A stretch of DNA of 64,000 nt from Cycas panzhihuaensis (Eukaryota; Plantae; Cycadophyta). The stretch's first letter is position 1; every line of letters begins with the position of its first letter. A program made the position numbers and the translations under genes. The DNA lies in contig CM041465.1 in assembly GCA_023213395.1 (NCBI GenBank), positions 184,643,741 to 184,707,740 on the forward strand, written 5' to 3'. Below are positions 53,940 through 64,000 of this stretch, piece after piece. The notes beneath the pieces are model-generated. The model had not been told where the DNA came from. It worked only from the letters and a program-made list of their open reading frames with translations, and did not search any database.

Positions 53940-55557
53940 TGGGAACACAATAAATAAAGCATCTTTTTTCTACAAGCAATATAAATAGATTGATAAAACC
54001 TAACTATTTGATTTCAAAATTATTTAGAAAAGGGTAAAGGAAAATCTAGCAATTGATGCATTATCCAAAGAGTATGAAGATCCTACCCTAATAGTAATGA
54101 TAGCTACTAAATTAAGTTAGATTAAGAAGATCTAAGACTAATACAATAACTACTTAAAATTATTAAAAATCTTTAACAAAATTAAATTGATTGTCCAAGA
54201 CCACAAATAGAACTTCAAAGACAAGACTATCTTCTATAAAGATTAAAGATATATACCATTAAAGGCATATTTCATTTCCAAAATAGTATAAGATTATCAT
54301 GATGCACCCTTAGCACATCATATAAATATATAAAAAATGTACACTAACATTGAGAGATTTTTCTATTAGTATGGAATGAAAAAGACAATTGAGAAATAAA
54401 ATTGGAATGTGATGCATGGCAAAGATAAAAGGTAAACAAGATATAAACACTAAAACTCTTATAATTGTTGCATATCCCATACTATAAATTATAGAACATA
54501 TCAATGGGTTTTATCATAAGACTACCGACATGATAAAGAAAGGATATAACATGGATTGTACTAGATAAATTAATTATGCATACTTCATGTTAAATAAGAC
54601 AATATACAAAGCACCTCAAATAATAGAAATATTCATTAAAAAAGTATATTCACTATATGAGTTTCCGAAAGGAATAATCTACAGTAGAGGCCTAAATTTC
54701 ACTAATAATTTTTTGTGATAGTTACTTTAAATGACGTGTGTAAAGCTCAATATGACCATAGTGTATCATCCAAAAACTAATAGCCAAGTTGAAGCAAGAA
54801 ATAAATGCCTAGAAGGATACCTACAAAACTATTTAGATGACAAGCAAAATGAGTAAGACAAATGACTTCACCTAGTGAGTCTTAATGCTATACCTTATAC
54901 TAAATGGCAATAGAAATGTTATTATACATGACACTCTATGGATATCCTCCACCTTCAATTAAAAATAAATACAACAATAGATACCAAAATGCAAGTTGTT
55001 AAGAAAATTTTATAAGAATTACAAGACATAATTGGGACTCTAAAAAAAAAAGAAAAACTTGCCATAGCAAAACATAGAACACAACAACAAGCAAACCAAT
55101 ATTGAATCAAAGGAACCTTCTCTAAAGGAGATACAATTTTTGTTTGTTTATTACATACTGGAAAACAACCTTAGGAAACAAAGGCAAACAAAAACTAACT
55201 TCAAGATTCAATGATTTATATAGAATTTAATTGGAAGTAAGCAATGTTACATATGCTTTAGTCTTATTGAATAAAGGGAAAATTTGTAGGCTCTACCATG
55301 TATCATATTTAAAAGGGAGATTTGGAAAGATAAATACCTACAAAACTAGATTCCTAATTTTGGGCAAGAAAGACAAACTATCACTCCAATTAGAAGGTAT
55401 ATTGGAAGAGAGAAGAAAGATACTGAGATCCATAATAGAAAGAGTATTTGATCAATTAGGAAAACCTCCTAATAGAAGACCCCACATGGAAAACAAATGC
55501 TTTTACCTAAAGCCATTTGAACTTTCTAAAGCTTTGAAGACAAGCTTTTTACGATAG
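53940..55557 (+). pseudogene. Ty3/Gypsy RNase H end / integrase / C-terminal remnant
   Basis: FDFKII*KRV/KENLAIDALSK; YHPKTNSQVEARNKCLEGYLQNY; TLYGYPPP; SNVTYALVL...LYHVSYLKGRFG (ORF 55231-55557). Highly degenerate. Confidence 0.75.
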
Positions 55558-56082
55558 GCTAGATAAATATATCAAAGAGGTGTAAAGGGGGTGCAATAAC
55601 GTAGAAGAAATATATATACTTTTCCATTAAGTCTCAAAGAGAAATTGGTCGTAGAAAATTAGTATAAGTTTGAACTTGTACAAAAACACCATTATGTTTG
55701 GGATGCTCCACTACACTTGCAGAAGAGTTTATATCTTTATTATTTTTCAATAAAAATTCTAGCCTTTATGAAATGCCATTTCACCACCACAACCCTCATT
55801 GTTTGGGAACCATAGCTGTAATAATTGTTTACCATGGTTTTGCATTAGTATAATATAAAATAAGGTCAGAGTCTAATTCTTTTTCTAAGATGTGACGATG
55901 TGTGTGTGTGAGAGAATGTGTTTGCCACTAGTGGCAATACATTTTGGTTAGTGATGTGACATATCTATAGATGTGCTCTCCTTTCTCACTTATTTCCATA
56001 GTGGAGGCCATTGTGATATTTACTTCCATAATGTGGTTTGGCGTATCATTGCATACACATCACAAAAATTATTTTAAATATA

Positions 56083-56790
56083 CAAAAAGCTCACGTGAGC
56101 TCTTTTGGTGGGTCACGAATTATATATTCCACTACATTACTTAGAATAACAGGACAATAAAGAACGTGTAAGATGTTCAAATATCAAACCGAAACACACG
56201 GTGAAGATCCCCACAAACAAGTGGTGAAGTACAAGAGTAAATAAAGAGAGGGATGATGAGACGAAATTTCTTAGTTTCAGATTTAGATCGAGACCAATAG
56301 TGTAACCCCAATAATGTAAGCCAACTGTCTTACGAGTACGCCCCTCGTGGTTGGTTCGTCCGACCCGTTCAATCAAGTTGACGAGTCTCCGTCCACGCGC
56401 ACCACACGGGGACCTCTAAAGACCTCCGATTTTTCCATGTAATGACGGTTGTCATGGATACAGACAACCAACCCTACGATTCTGCCAACGAGGTGGGTTG
56501 TTCTGACCGATACTCCCGCTTGGAGGGAAGTTGGCACGGGAGCGTCAGAAAAGCGGAGCGCGTTAAGAAAAGAAGGCGTCGTCGTCATCCGACGACTCAG
56601 TCATTGACGGAGTGAAGTGTCAAGTTCACTCGGTGCACGCAAAGAAAGCGTCAATCGGAAATGACGACCGTTCCGTCCTTTACTGTAGTTTCGTGTTAAG
56701 ATTGGATACTCCCACGGCGCCGATCGAATATCTTGCTCTATTTATTTATTTATTTAAATTTGCTTCTGTGAAGGTTGCTTATTTAAAGCG
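56083..56790 (+). promoter_or_regulatory. Putative stress-responsive promoter of the LEA_3 gene
   Basis: G-box inside the 14-bp palindrome AGCTCACGTGAGCT (56088-56101). ABRE-like ACGTGT at 56164-56169. Seven TGACG/CGTCA motifs between 56379 and 56666. TATTTAAA boxes at 56751 and 56780. CpG-rich. Motif function is inferred. Confidence 0.55.
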
Positions 56791-56900
56791 ATGGCCCTGC
56801 AGCGTCTAGCAAGCCTAAGCCTGTGAGTAGCAAGCTGTATTATTGTTGGCAGACGATTATTTGCTTTGTATGCGGGGAGGGGAAGATTGTAGATGTGCAA

Positions 56901-57419
56901 ATGGCGAGATCGGTGTTGAATTTGAAGGTCGCTCTGCCTGCGCTTGGACTTCCGAATATCGCAAGGTCTGTATGTTTCCCTCTGCATGTTTTAAGCTTGG
57001 CCGAGGAACTCCAGCATTTTGTGCTAAATATCTTTCAAAACAGCGTTGCTTTTGATATTTTCATTCTGTAGTACCAATTTCCCAGGGATATTTTGTTAAT
57101 TTGTACAGAAATTAATTAAATACCGTGTTTGCACACGATTGCTCTGTCGTTCAACTGCAGGAGAGGATTCGCTGCGGTGGCACCAAAAGCAGATCATAAG
57201 AGAGGGATTCTTGAGGGAGGGAGCGAAGAAGGGGGAAATTATAATAATACCGAAAATAGGCGACCGGAACATAGTAAGAGTTGGTGGATGCCTCACCCCG
57301 TCACCGGCGACTTTGTTCCAGAAAATCAGCTCAATTTAGAGACTCATCGCGATGTCGGCCAAGTCAGGGATAATCTTATCGCTAATCAGTCCGCTTCTGC
57401 TCGTGCAGCCGCAGATTAA
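56901..57419 (+). CDS. LEA5: Late embryogenesis abundant protein, LEA_3 family (SAG21/AtLEA5-like), 107 aa; join(56901..56965,57161..57419)
   Basis: Spliced product MARSVLNLKVALPALGLPNIARRGFAAVAPKADHKRGILEGGSEEGGNYNNTENRRPEHSKSWWMPHPVTGDFVPENQLNLETHRDVGQVRDNLIANQSASARAAAD*. It has the family MARS start, an RRGY/FAA motif rebuilt across a phase-2 GT-AG intron, the W-motif (WxPxPxTGxxxPE) and a DAELR-like DVGQVR. The N-terminus looks like a mitochondrial presequence (inference). Confidence 0.9.
56966..57160 (+). other. 195-bp GT-AG intron of the LEA_3 gene
   Basis: AAG|GTCTGT donor, T-rich interior, TTCAACTGCAG| acceptor; splicing keeps the reading frame. Confidence 0.85.
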
Positions 57420-59599
57420 AAATACTTGATCGGAATCCATATTATTGTCTAAGGGATGCGATCGGGAAGAAGCCTCGTATGAATCTTGTATACGAGTCCA
57501 ATATCATATCGCTTGCTACAAATTCTCTATTAAATTTTATGCTACCGATTGTAATGACTTTGCGATTAATGAACGTGAAGCCTTTCCAATGTTAATGCAC
57601 TGGTTTGACATGCTCATAGCCCTTGTTATGATACAGATTTACCTGCGTAGAAATTAATTAGGGATCGAATCTATGTCTGTTACCAAGCTTGCTCCCGTTA
57701 ACGTTTCAATATTTCGCACATCATTGAGGTAATTCTTTGCAATAGTTCCGATGCCACAAGTCGGAGGGTTTTGGAAACCGTGGATGAACTCCACGTTAGT
57801 GTTCTAACGTAGCGGAGTATGGCGATGCCGTTCAATTCCTTCTCGGGATAACGGTTTACCCTACCTCTGTATGTGTCTCGCTTGCCAGTTCATTTGACAC
57901 GAAATGGTTTGCGCCACGCGTCAGATTTGGCGGTCGTTCTTCTCTCGCATTATTCTCTTCATACATGGTTTGAATTTTCATTTAGTTTGATTAAAAATGC
58001 TTCCATGAATTTTTTTATTTAAAAAATAACCCTGTTAATCTGCATCTACTTGTTAATTATGATTCACGAACTGGTGACTAAATCTCCCCATAATTTCACC
58101 AATCTTTGACTGTAATCGGGAAATTGAATTTTAAAACATTCAAAACCTTTTTTTTATAAAAAATGGGGCACTTCTCTTTCTCCAATATCCTCAAAAAAAG
58201 AAAAGAAAGATTCATGGTGGGGAGAGGGAGATCATATAAGAAAATTAGAGTTATATGGTATATCAAAAAACAATTAAAACTTGAAAATAATAATAATAAT
58301 AATAATAATAATATATAAGCATTTTAAAGGCTTTATTGAAGATGTGATTATAATTTCCCTTTTTTCCCCCCCTAAAACAATGCTTTAAAAACTCATTCAC
58401 TTTGGCAAGCTCATGTCTTGGCTTGTTATATCTTTTAGTCTAACACTCAACATTTGCCATAATTTTTGCAATTGAAGGAGGATCTTCAAATATGCACTTA
58501 ACAACTTCCTTGTTTTGCTTTGTAGGTCTACTGACTTGCTTAGAACTAGGAGTACTAGGGGCTCCAAGTCCTTACGTTCACCCTAATCCCTTGTGAATTG
58601 TGAAGTTCTCCTAATTATAACCCTAATGCTTTTTGAAGTATTTTTCTCTCCCGTTGATGTCTCAACTAGCTACACTAAATATCCTATTTAGCAATGTCAG
58701 CATTCTAACCATCTTCTACCTCATTAGACAAAATATCAGTAACAGAGTCATTATTTTAAGCATGAGACCTCTGTGGATGATTATGTTGTTTATATCCTTT
58801 GAGACTGGCCCCTCCACTCACTAGGAGTGCCTCTTCTAAACTCGTTGAAATCTCTTGATTTTTTTTCTAACAATATAAGGAAAAGACTTTTGTATTGGAG
58901 GATCAACTACGCTTAACCAACATCCATCTCCAAAGACTAAGAAACTTGCAAAATCAAATTAACATAGGTAGTTAAGCCCATTACAAGACCTCAACATCCC
59001 TTTTTATCCTAAAACTACCTTGCAATAGTTTCACCAAATTAGGGATGATATTTCCATCAACCTTGTTAACCTAATATTATCAAAAAATAATTCTTAGAAC
59101 TACAACCTTCTAATACAACATTACAACTCTACTTTGCCTGAAAATAACCTTAATGGTAGGCAAAATCACCAGTTAGTTGTTTTTACCATAGTTATACTGC
59201 CAAAACAAATTAATAACACTTTCCTTTGTCCCACATACATCATGAACTCTGATCCCTAATTTTGGTTTACTAAGTATTTATTTAGTTAATAGTTTATTAG
59301 GGTAACTTTGCCACATTTATTGGGATTTTTTCTTTAGGCTCAATTCTAGAATTTGAAATCCCTATTATTGCACTTCTTTGATGAGAAGCAAGTTGTTAGG
59401 TACTTGGAGAGATTGAATGAAAATCGATAGTAAATAGGCAAAATTATGGAGAAACTCCAACAAAATATATTGATAAAAAAATATAATGATAAGTTTATAC
59501 ATTGATAGGTACTTATATTAGTTTGAAGGCCTCCCCCTAAAGGACACATCCATTCTTAACTAAATGATTATAAATCTTAATTAATTAAATTTATCCCCC

Positions 59600-61600
59600 T
59601 TAAGATGGCTCATTTTCAAACATCATGGTTTATAACTTTAGAAACCATCCAAGTATTTTTGTCGATTATCATGTTGTATCTTCTATTATCAATTACTTTC
59701 GTTTAATGAGGTACCCCTAAATAGTCTTACTATGCAGTTGTTTATCACAGTACTACAGTATGGCTTTAGAAATAATGATTAACTTCCTCTCTTCATCCAC
59801 TTAAAGAATCTTGGTCTGTAAACGAGTGAATTTCTCAATCTTCTTCTTCAAATATGAAACACAAAAAATATTATGTATATGATATGATTTAGGAAGTTCT
59901 GAGACATAAGCAATATTGTCAACTCTTTGTTTTACCATATAAGGTCCATAGTATCTGGGACTCAACTTTTCCCTTCATGTCCATTTGAGTGATGCATGTT
60001 TGTATGGTTGTAGATAAACATATACCAGACTCCTTTTAGAAATTCTTGTTTTCTGAAAAGCTTGTCCACCTATTGTTTCATCTAATTTTGAACTCTTATC
60101 AAGTACTCTTCCCTTAACTAATTTTCCCATTTGATGGCAAGGTATGACTTGCAGTTTCCCTAGTTGTTCACCCCATAATATGTTGGTTTTTCCATCTTGT
60201 TTATACCTCATGAATATTTTATCCAAATTAGTTTCAAATTTCTTGATTATCTTTAGCCACTGGTTTTCTAAAATCACATCGTAGCCACTAACACTTGCCA
60301 TGCAATAGTCATTGGTGATGGTTTCATCTTCAATATTGAGCTTGAGATTTTCTAGTATCCCTGGCTTAGGATGAATTACCTTTCCCCTACTTGAATTTGA
60401 ATATTTAGGCTCTACATCAAAAAGAGTTTTAAACATTGTGTTATGCATTTATTTATAAAATTGTTGGTCCTACTAGAATAAACCAAGATGTTAATTAATT
60501 ACTTCTTAATGAACCCATGTAGTTTGAGAATGTTTTGTTGGGTAATCCCAACCATAGTTGAAAGAGACATCTATGGCATGATCTCCCTTAGGATTGACAT
60601 TTTCTCGATTGTGCTCTAGGTCATCTTTACTCTCCATTAGATCATCCTCGATTGAGCTTAATTCAATGGTAAAAAATTAATTCTGTGTATATCTAACACA
60701 AAGGCTCTTCTTTTGTAAATCTTTTTACTCTACCTTAGACCTTTGCAGTGTAGGTTTTATTGATCTAGTTTGATTAGAAGGCCTATTTTGGATTACCAAT
60801 TATTTTGTTAATGATACAATTTGAGATGAAGATATTGGTGTATTCATTCAAGCAAATAGAGGGACATAAATTCAAGATCTGGATCCACATAGAGATTTAA
60901 CCTTATCCTCATATATGTGAGCTTGTTGGATAGCTTTGTTGAGGGTTAGTGGTTCTGATATTAAGACATTAACTTGAATTTCCTTTGCTAAGTTGTAAAT
61001 GTATAATTGGATCTTTCTATATTTGGGTGTGTCTTTAATTACATATGATAATTTAGTGAAGGTGGTGTCATACTCTTTCACCAATCCTATCTGTTGGAGT
61101 TTTTAGAGCTCATAGTAGTAGTCCTGATTAGTAATTGTCTTAAATCTTTTGAAGAATAATGTTATAAACACACCCCATAAAGGTTATTAAGTTTAGTATT
61201 TGATTTGCACTAGGCTTTGCCACCATTCGTATGCTATGCCATCTAGATATAAAGTGGCCAACCATATTTGTTCCTCATCTTTAATTCTCATTAAACAAAA
61301 ATATTTTTCCATTAGTTGAATCCATACGTGCAAGTCTTGTGTTTTCTACTCAATACTAAATCATTGGATCATGACTTTTTAAAGATTTTCTTCTTTTTAT
61401 AATTGTATAAATTATATGTAATTAAAATATACTTGGAATCCAACCACTTTTTGTTTAGTAGGTGTGAACTTTTGATAATCTTTTAGATACTCTCTAATAG
61501 GCTCATTTATAAGATTTTGTTAAAATTTCATTGTTCTTAGCTTGTGATTATTCCATATATAGTGGTTCTTATTGTATGATTAACAATTTATTCCTTTATC
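59600..61600 (-). mobile_element. Internally deleted Ty3/Gypsy derivative (gag-protease fused to integrase C-terminus; no RT, RNase H or integrase core)
   Basis: Gag WIQLMEKYF...LATLYLDGIAYEWWQS...QQIGLVKEYDTTFTKL (60870-61330). Protease LKLHGFIKK*LINILVYSSRTNNFIN...YDVILENQWLK. Then directly LVYVYLQPYKHASLK...KLSPRYYGPYMV...IAYVSELP...IHNIFCVSYLKK. LTRs not identified. Confidence 0.78.
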
Positions 61601-62420
61601 TTTAGAATTTGGCATTATCATTTCTTTATTTTTCTTTTCTTCTTTGTGTTTTGTTGAAAACGTTACTTCATTAAATTGAAAAAATTACATCCACAGAGAT
61701 GTCATCCCCTCCATTCCTTGAATGAGTAACAAATATATAAAAAGGCCAATATAGGGCTACCACAGATGCAAATGTAATCAAACAACACTTAAGAGCCCAC
61801 CCAACTACATCTAACATGGGGAGTAGTAGTGCCCTAGACATCATCTCCTTTACGAGGAGGATCCTCACATACCTTCCACCCTTTATAGGTGGTGCGCTCA
61901 ATGGTAATCAACATTATCAATTCGGAAGTTCTCTAACTATGTTTGGGGCTCGTCAAGTGGGAGGTTGACTAAATGGGCTACTAGATGATATGGTGGTTAT
62001 TGCTTAACCAACTTCAACCCTTAGAATGACTCTGTTGGGGTCTGGGGTACTTTGAATCCCCCTCATCTTCTAGGAACCAACTCATGTTGTCAGGTACTAA
62101 ACAATAGTGCTTAAAGAGCTCAAGACTGTGGTTCAACTCATTTAGACTTTTTATACCTAGGCACTAATCTATAAAGCACATGGCTGAAGGATTGTTAGGA
62201 AGAGCCCTATAAGGTGTATATAGGTGTTTTGTACTGAGAAAACACAGTATTACAAAATTTTCAAATTGCATATAACACTTCAAGTCTTAAAAGCTCCCAT
62301 GTAGAATGTAGAGAGGAGGGTAGGTATTTAACATCACCCAATAGGATTATATTCTAGCCTAGAAATTCTAAGGTGGCAGGGGTAAGGAGTTGGTTGTTAT
62401 GGCTCCAAGTAGAGCAAGCG

Positions 62421-63500
62421 AAGGGGCACCGCCAAAACATGTGTATAACTAACTCATATTATTAGTAGAAATAACATGTTAGATTATAATAACCCATTTT
62501 AGCAAGCCTTTCCTTAACCACCAAGCATGAGATGATAAGAGGAAGAACACATAAGCATAATCAAACAATGGGTCCTTATGGCGTTAAAGGATCTTGTAAG
62601 GAAGGGTGTGAGCAAATACACCTCGCAAGGTGCTCATGTGTTTCTTGGTCGCAAGTGTAGAATTTAGAAGGGGGATTTCAAGGATAGTAAAAACTTATGG
62701 GCAATACAAGTATGTGTATGTGCTTAACATGGATTAAGTGAGGAGTACAAGCCTATAACAATCTAATAGTAAAGAACCCTCCTAATGCAACTACTTATGT
62801 TTTTTAATTATATGCACCCAACAATCAACCATAACTAGCATGCATCCTTTTGTCCTCACGAGTTCAAAGACTTGTAATAAGTGTGATCTTTCCTTTTATT
62901 TAGGCCTTGATATGAATAAATAATCTTATTGTATAGGAATATACAATGCAATACAATGTGCAATAGAAAGAAAGAAATGTTTTTTTTCTTTTAGGAATTT
63001 TCACTTTCTTTTTAAAGTAAGACTTAGTCTTATAAGGGAGGGAGAGAGAAAGAGAGACACCACTCAAGTAAACAAGAAGAAAATGAACATATCCTTCTAT
63101 TTTTCAACCCTTTTTCTTTTTTCTTTTTTTGTTTTCTTTTTGGTTTTTCTTTTTGAAGAAAGGCAAAGCAACAATAAAAGAGAATTTATTTTTAATTAAT
63201 TAATTAATTTTTTTAAAATTCTTCTTCTTCTTCTTCTTATTATTATTATTTGAAAGAAAAAATAAAAGCTTATATGGGAATGGGGGTGACTAAGGTATCT
63301 GGAAGGATGCTTAGACTTTTAAGTTGTACTCTTTATGATCCCTTATCTTTCCAATCCATAAAAAAACACTCAAAATGTGGTTAAACAAATATGCAATATG
63401 TAAGCTAAAATTCTAAGAAAAAATTAATAGTATTTTTACTTATTGGATTGCAGTATGATGAAAAAAATATATAAATTGATGCTAAAATATAGTAAAAAGA
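62421..63500 (-). mobile_element. Putative PBS plus LTR-like segment related to 8476-9450 (boundaries uncertain)
   Basis: TGGCGGTGCCCC on the - strand at 62423-62434 next to a TG start at ~62440; patchy similarity to 8520-9120. Confidence 0.35.
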
Positions 63501-64000
63501 TCGAATCCACTTTAAAATGAAGCTTATAATATTTTACTTAGTCTTATGAACGATAGTAAGTCAGTTACACAATTGAAGAATTGAATGAGGACAGAGCAGA
63601 GTAGTAACAATGATAACTCAATCCATATGGAGTGCCATTTTAATCCATATTATAAAGTTTAACATAATTTCCATTAATAACTAGTGTTGAAGAACTCTAG
63701 GGTTTTGAGCCCCATAAATTTATATTCAGGAGATGGGTAAGAGCTCGCCTCAACCTCCAAATTGAAAATATAATAAAATAATAAAGCATAATGTAAAATA
63801 ACAATAAACTTAAAATAAAATATCTTTTATCTTTGTAATGATAGCCCATATACTCCCAAGATATTTGTATATTAATAATTATAATGAATATTAATTCCAA
63901 CATTCTTCTCCATAATGTTCATTACATACAACTTAAGATTTTCTTTGAATTTGTGAAACTTATACTTTAGAAAAACTTTGAGAGAGATATCTATTGCTTG

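Noticed and set aside
56137-56987. Several short ORFs on both strands upstream of LEA
   Set aside because: No recognisable motifs; expected by chance in the GC-richer promoter
56823-57071. 82-aa ORF as a separate gene
   Set aside because: It is LEA exon 1 read through into the intron. ORF 57129-57419 is likewise exon 2 with a spurious TTG start.
58400-59600. Possible Gypsy gag/protease remnant on the - strand
   Set aside because: Coding-like but no diagnostic motif could be read with confidence

Overview
AT-rich plant nuclear DNA, probably from a gymnosperm. That assignment is an inference from the Tat-type integrase motifs and the sucrose-synthase fragment, which resembles conifer SUS. Most of the window is a stack of nested, decayed retrotransposons. 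I could delimit five LTR elements by paired LTRs, PBS, PPT and 5-bp TSD: 3600-7414, 12668-30966, 14067-25237, 18893-24123 and 43671-47207. A sixth (47995-53200) has paired LTRs but only a weak TSD. Three of these form a Russian-doll nest. The window also holds a full-length L1-type LINE with an 11-bp TSD (35498-41774) and several Gypsy remnants. There is one apparently intact host gene: a two-exon LEA_3 (SAG21/AtLEA5-like) gene at 56901-57419, in a CpG-rich island with a dense TGACG motif cluster upstream. The most notable observations are: (i) an intronless ~190-codon sucrose synthase fragment carried antisense in the 5' leader of an old Copia element, invisible in the ORF track; (ii) a ~410-bp leader module shared between a Copia-type gag-only element and a Gypsy element; (iii) a second in-phase splice donor/uORF upstream of the LEA gene; and (iv) probable nanopore CHG-deletion artefacts in the youngest Copia. 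All calls were made by eye without database searches. No prokaryotic-type system (CRISPR, operon, rRNA or tRNA gene) was found.
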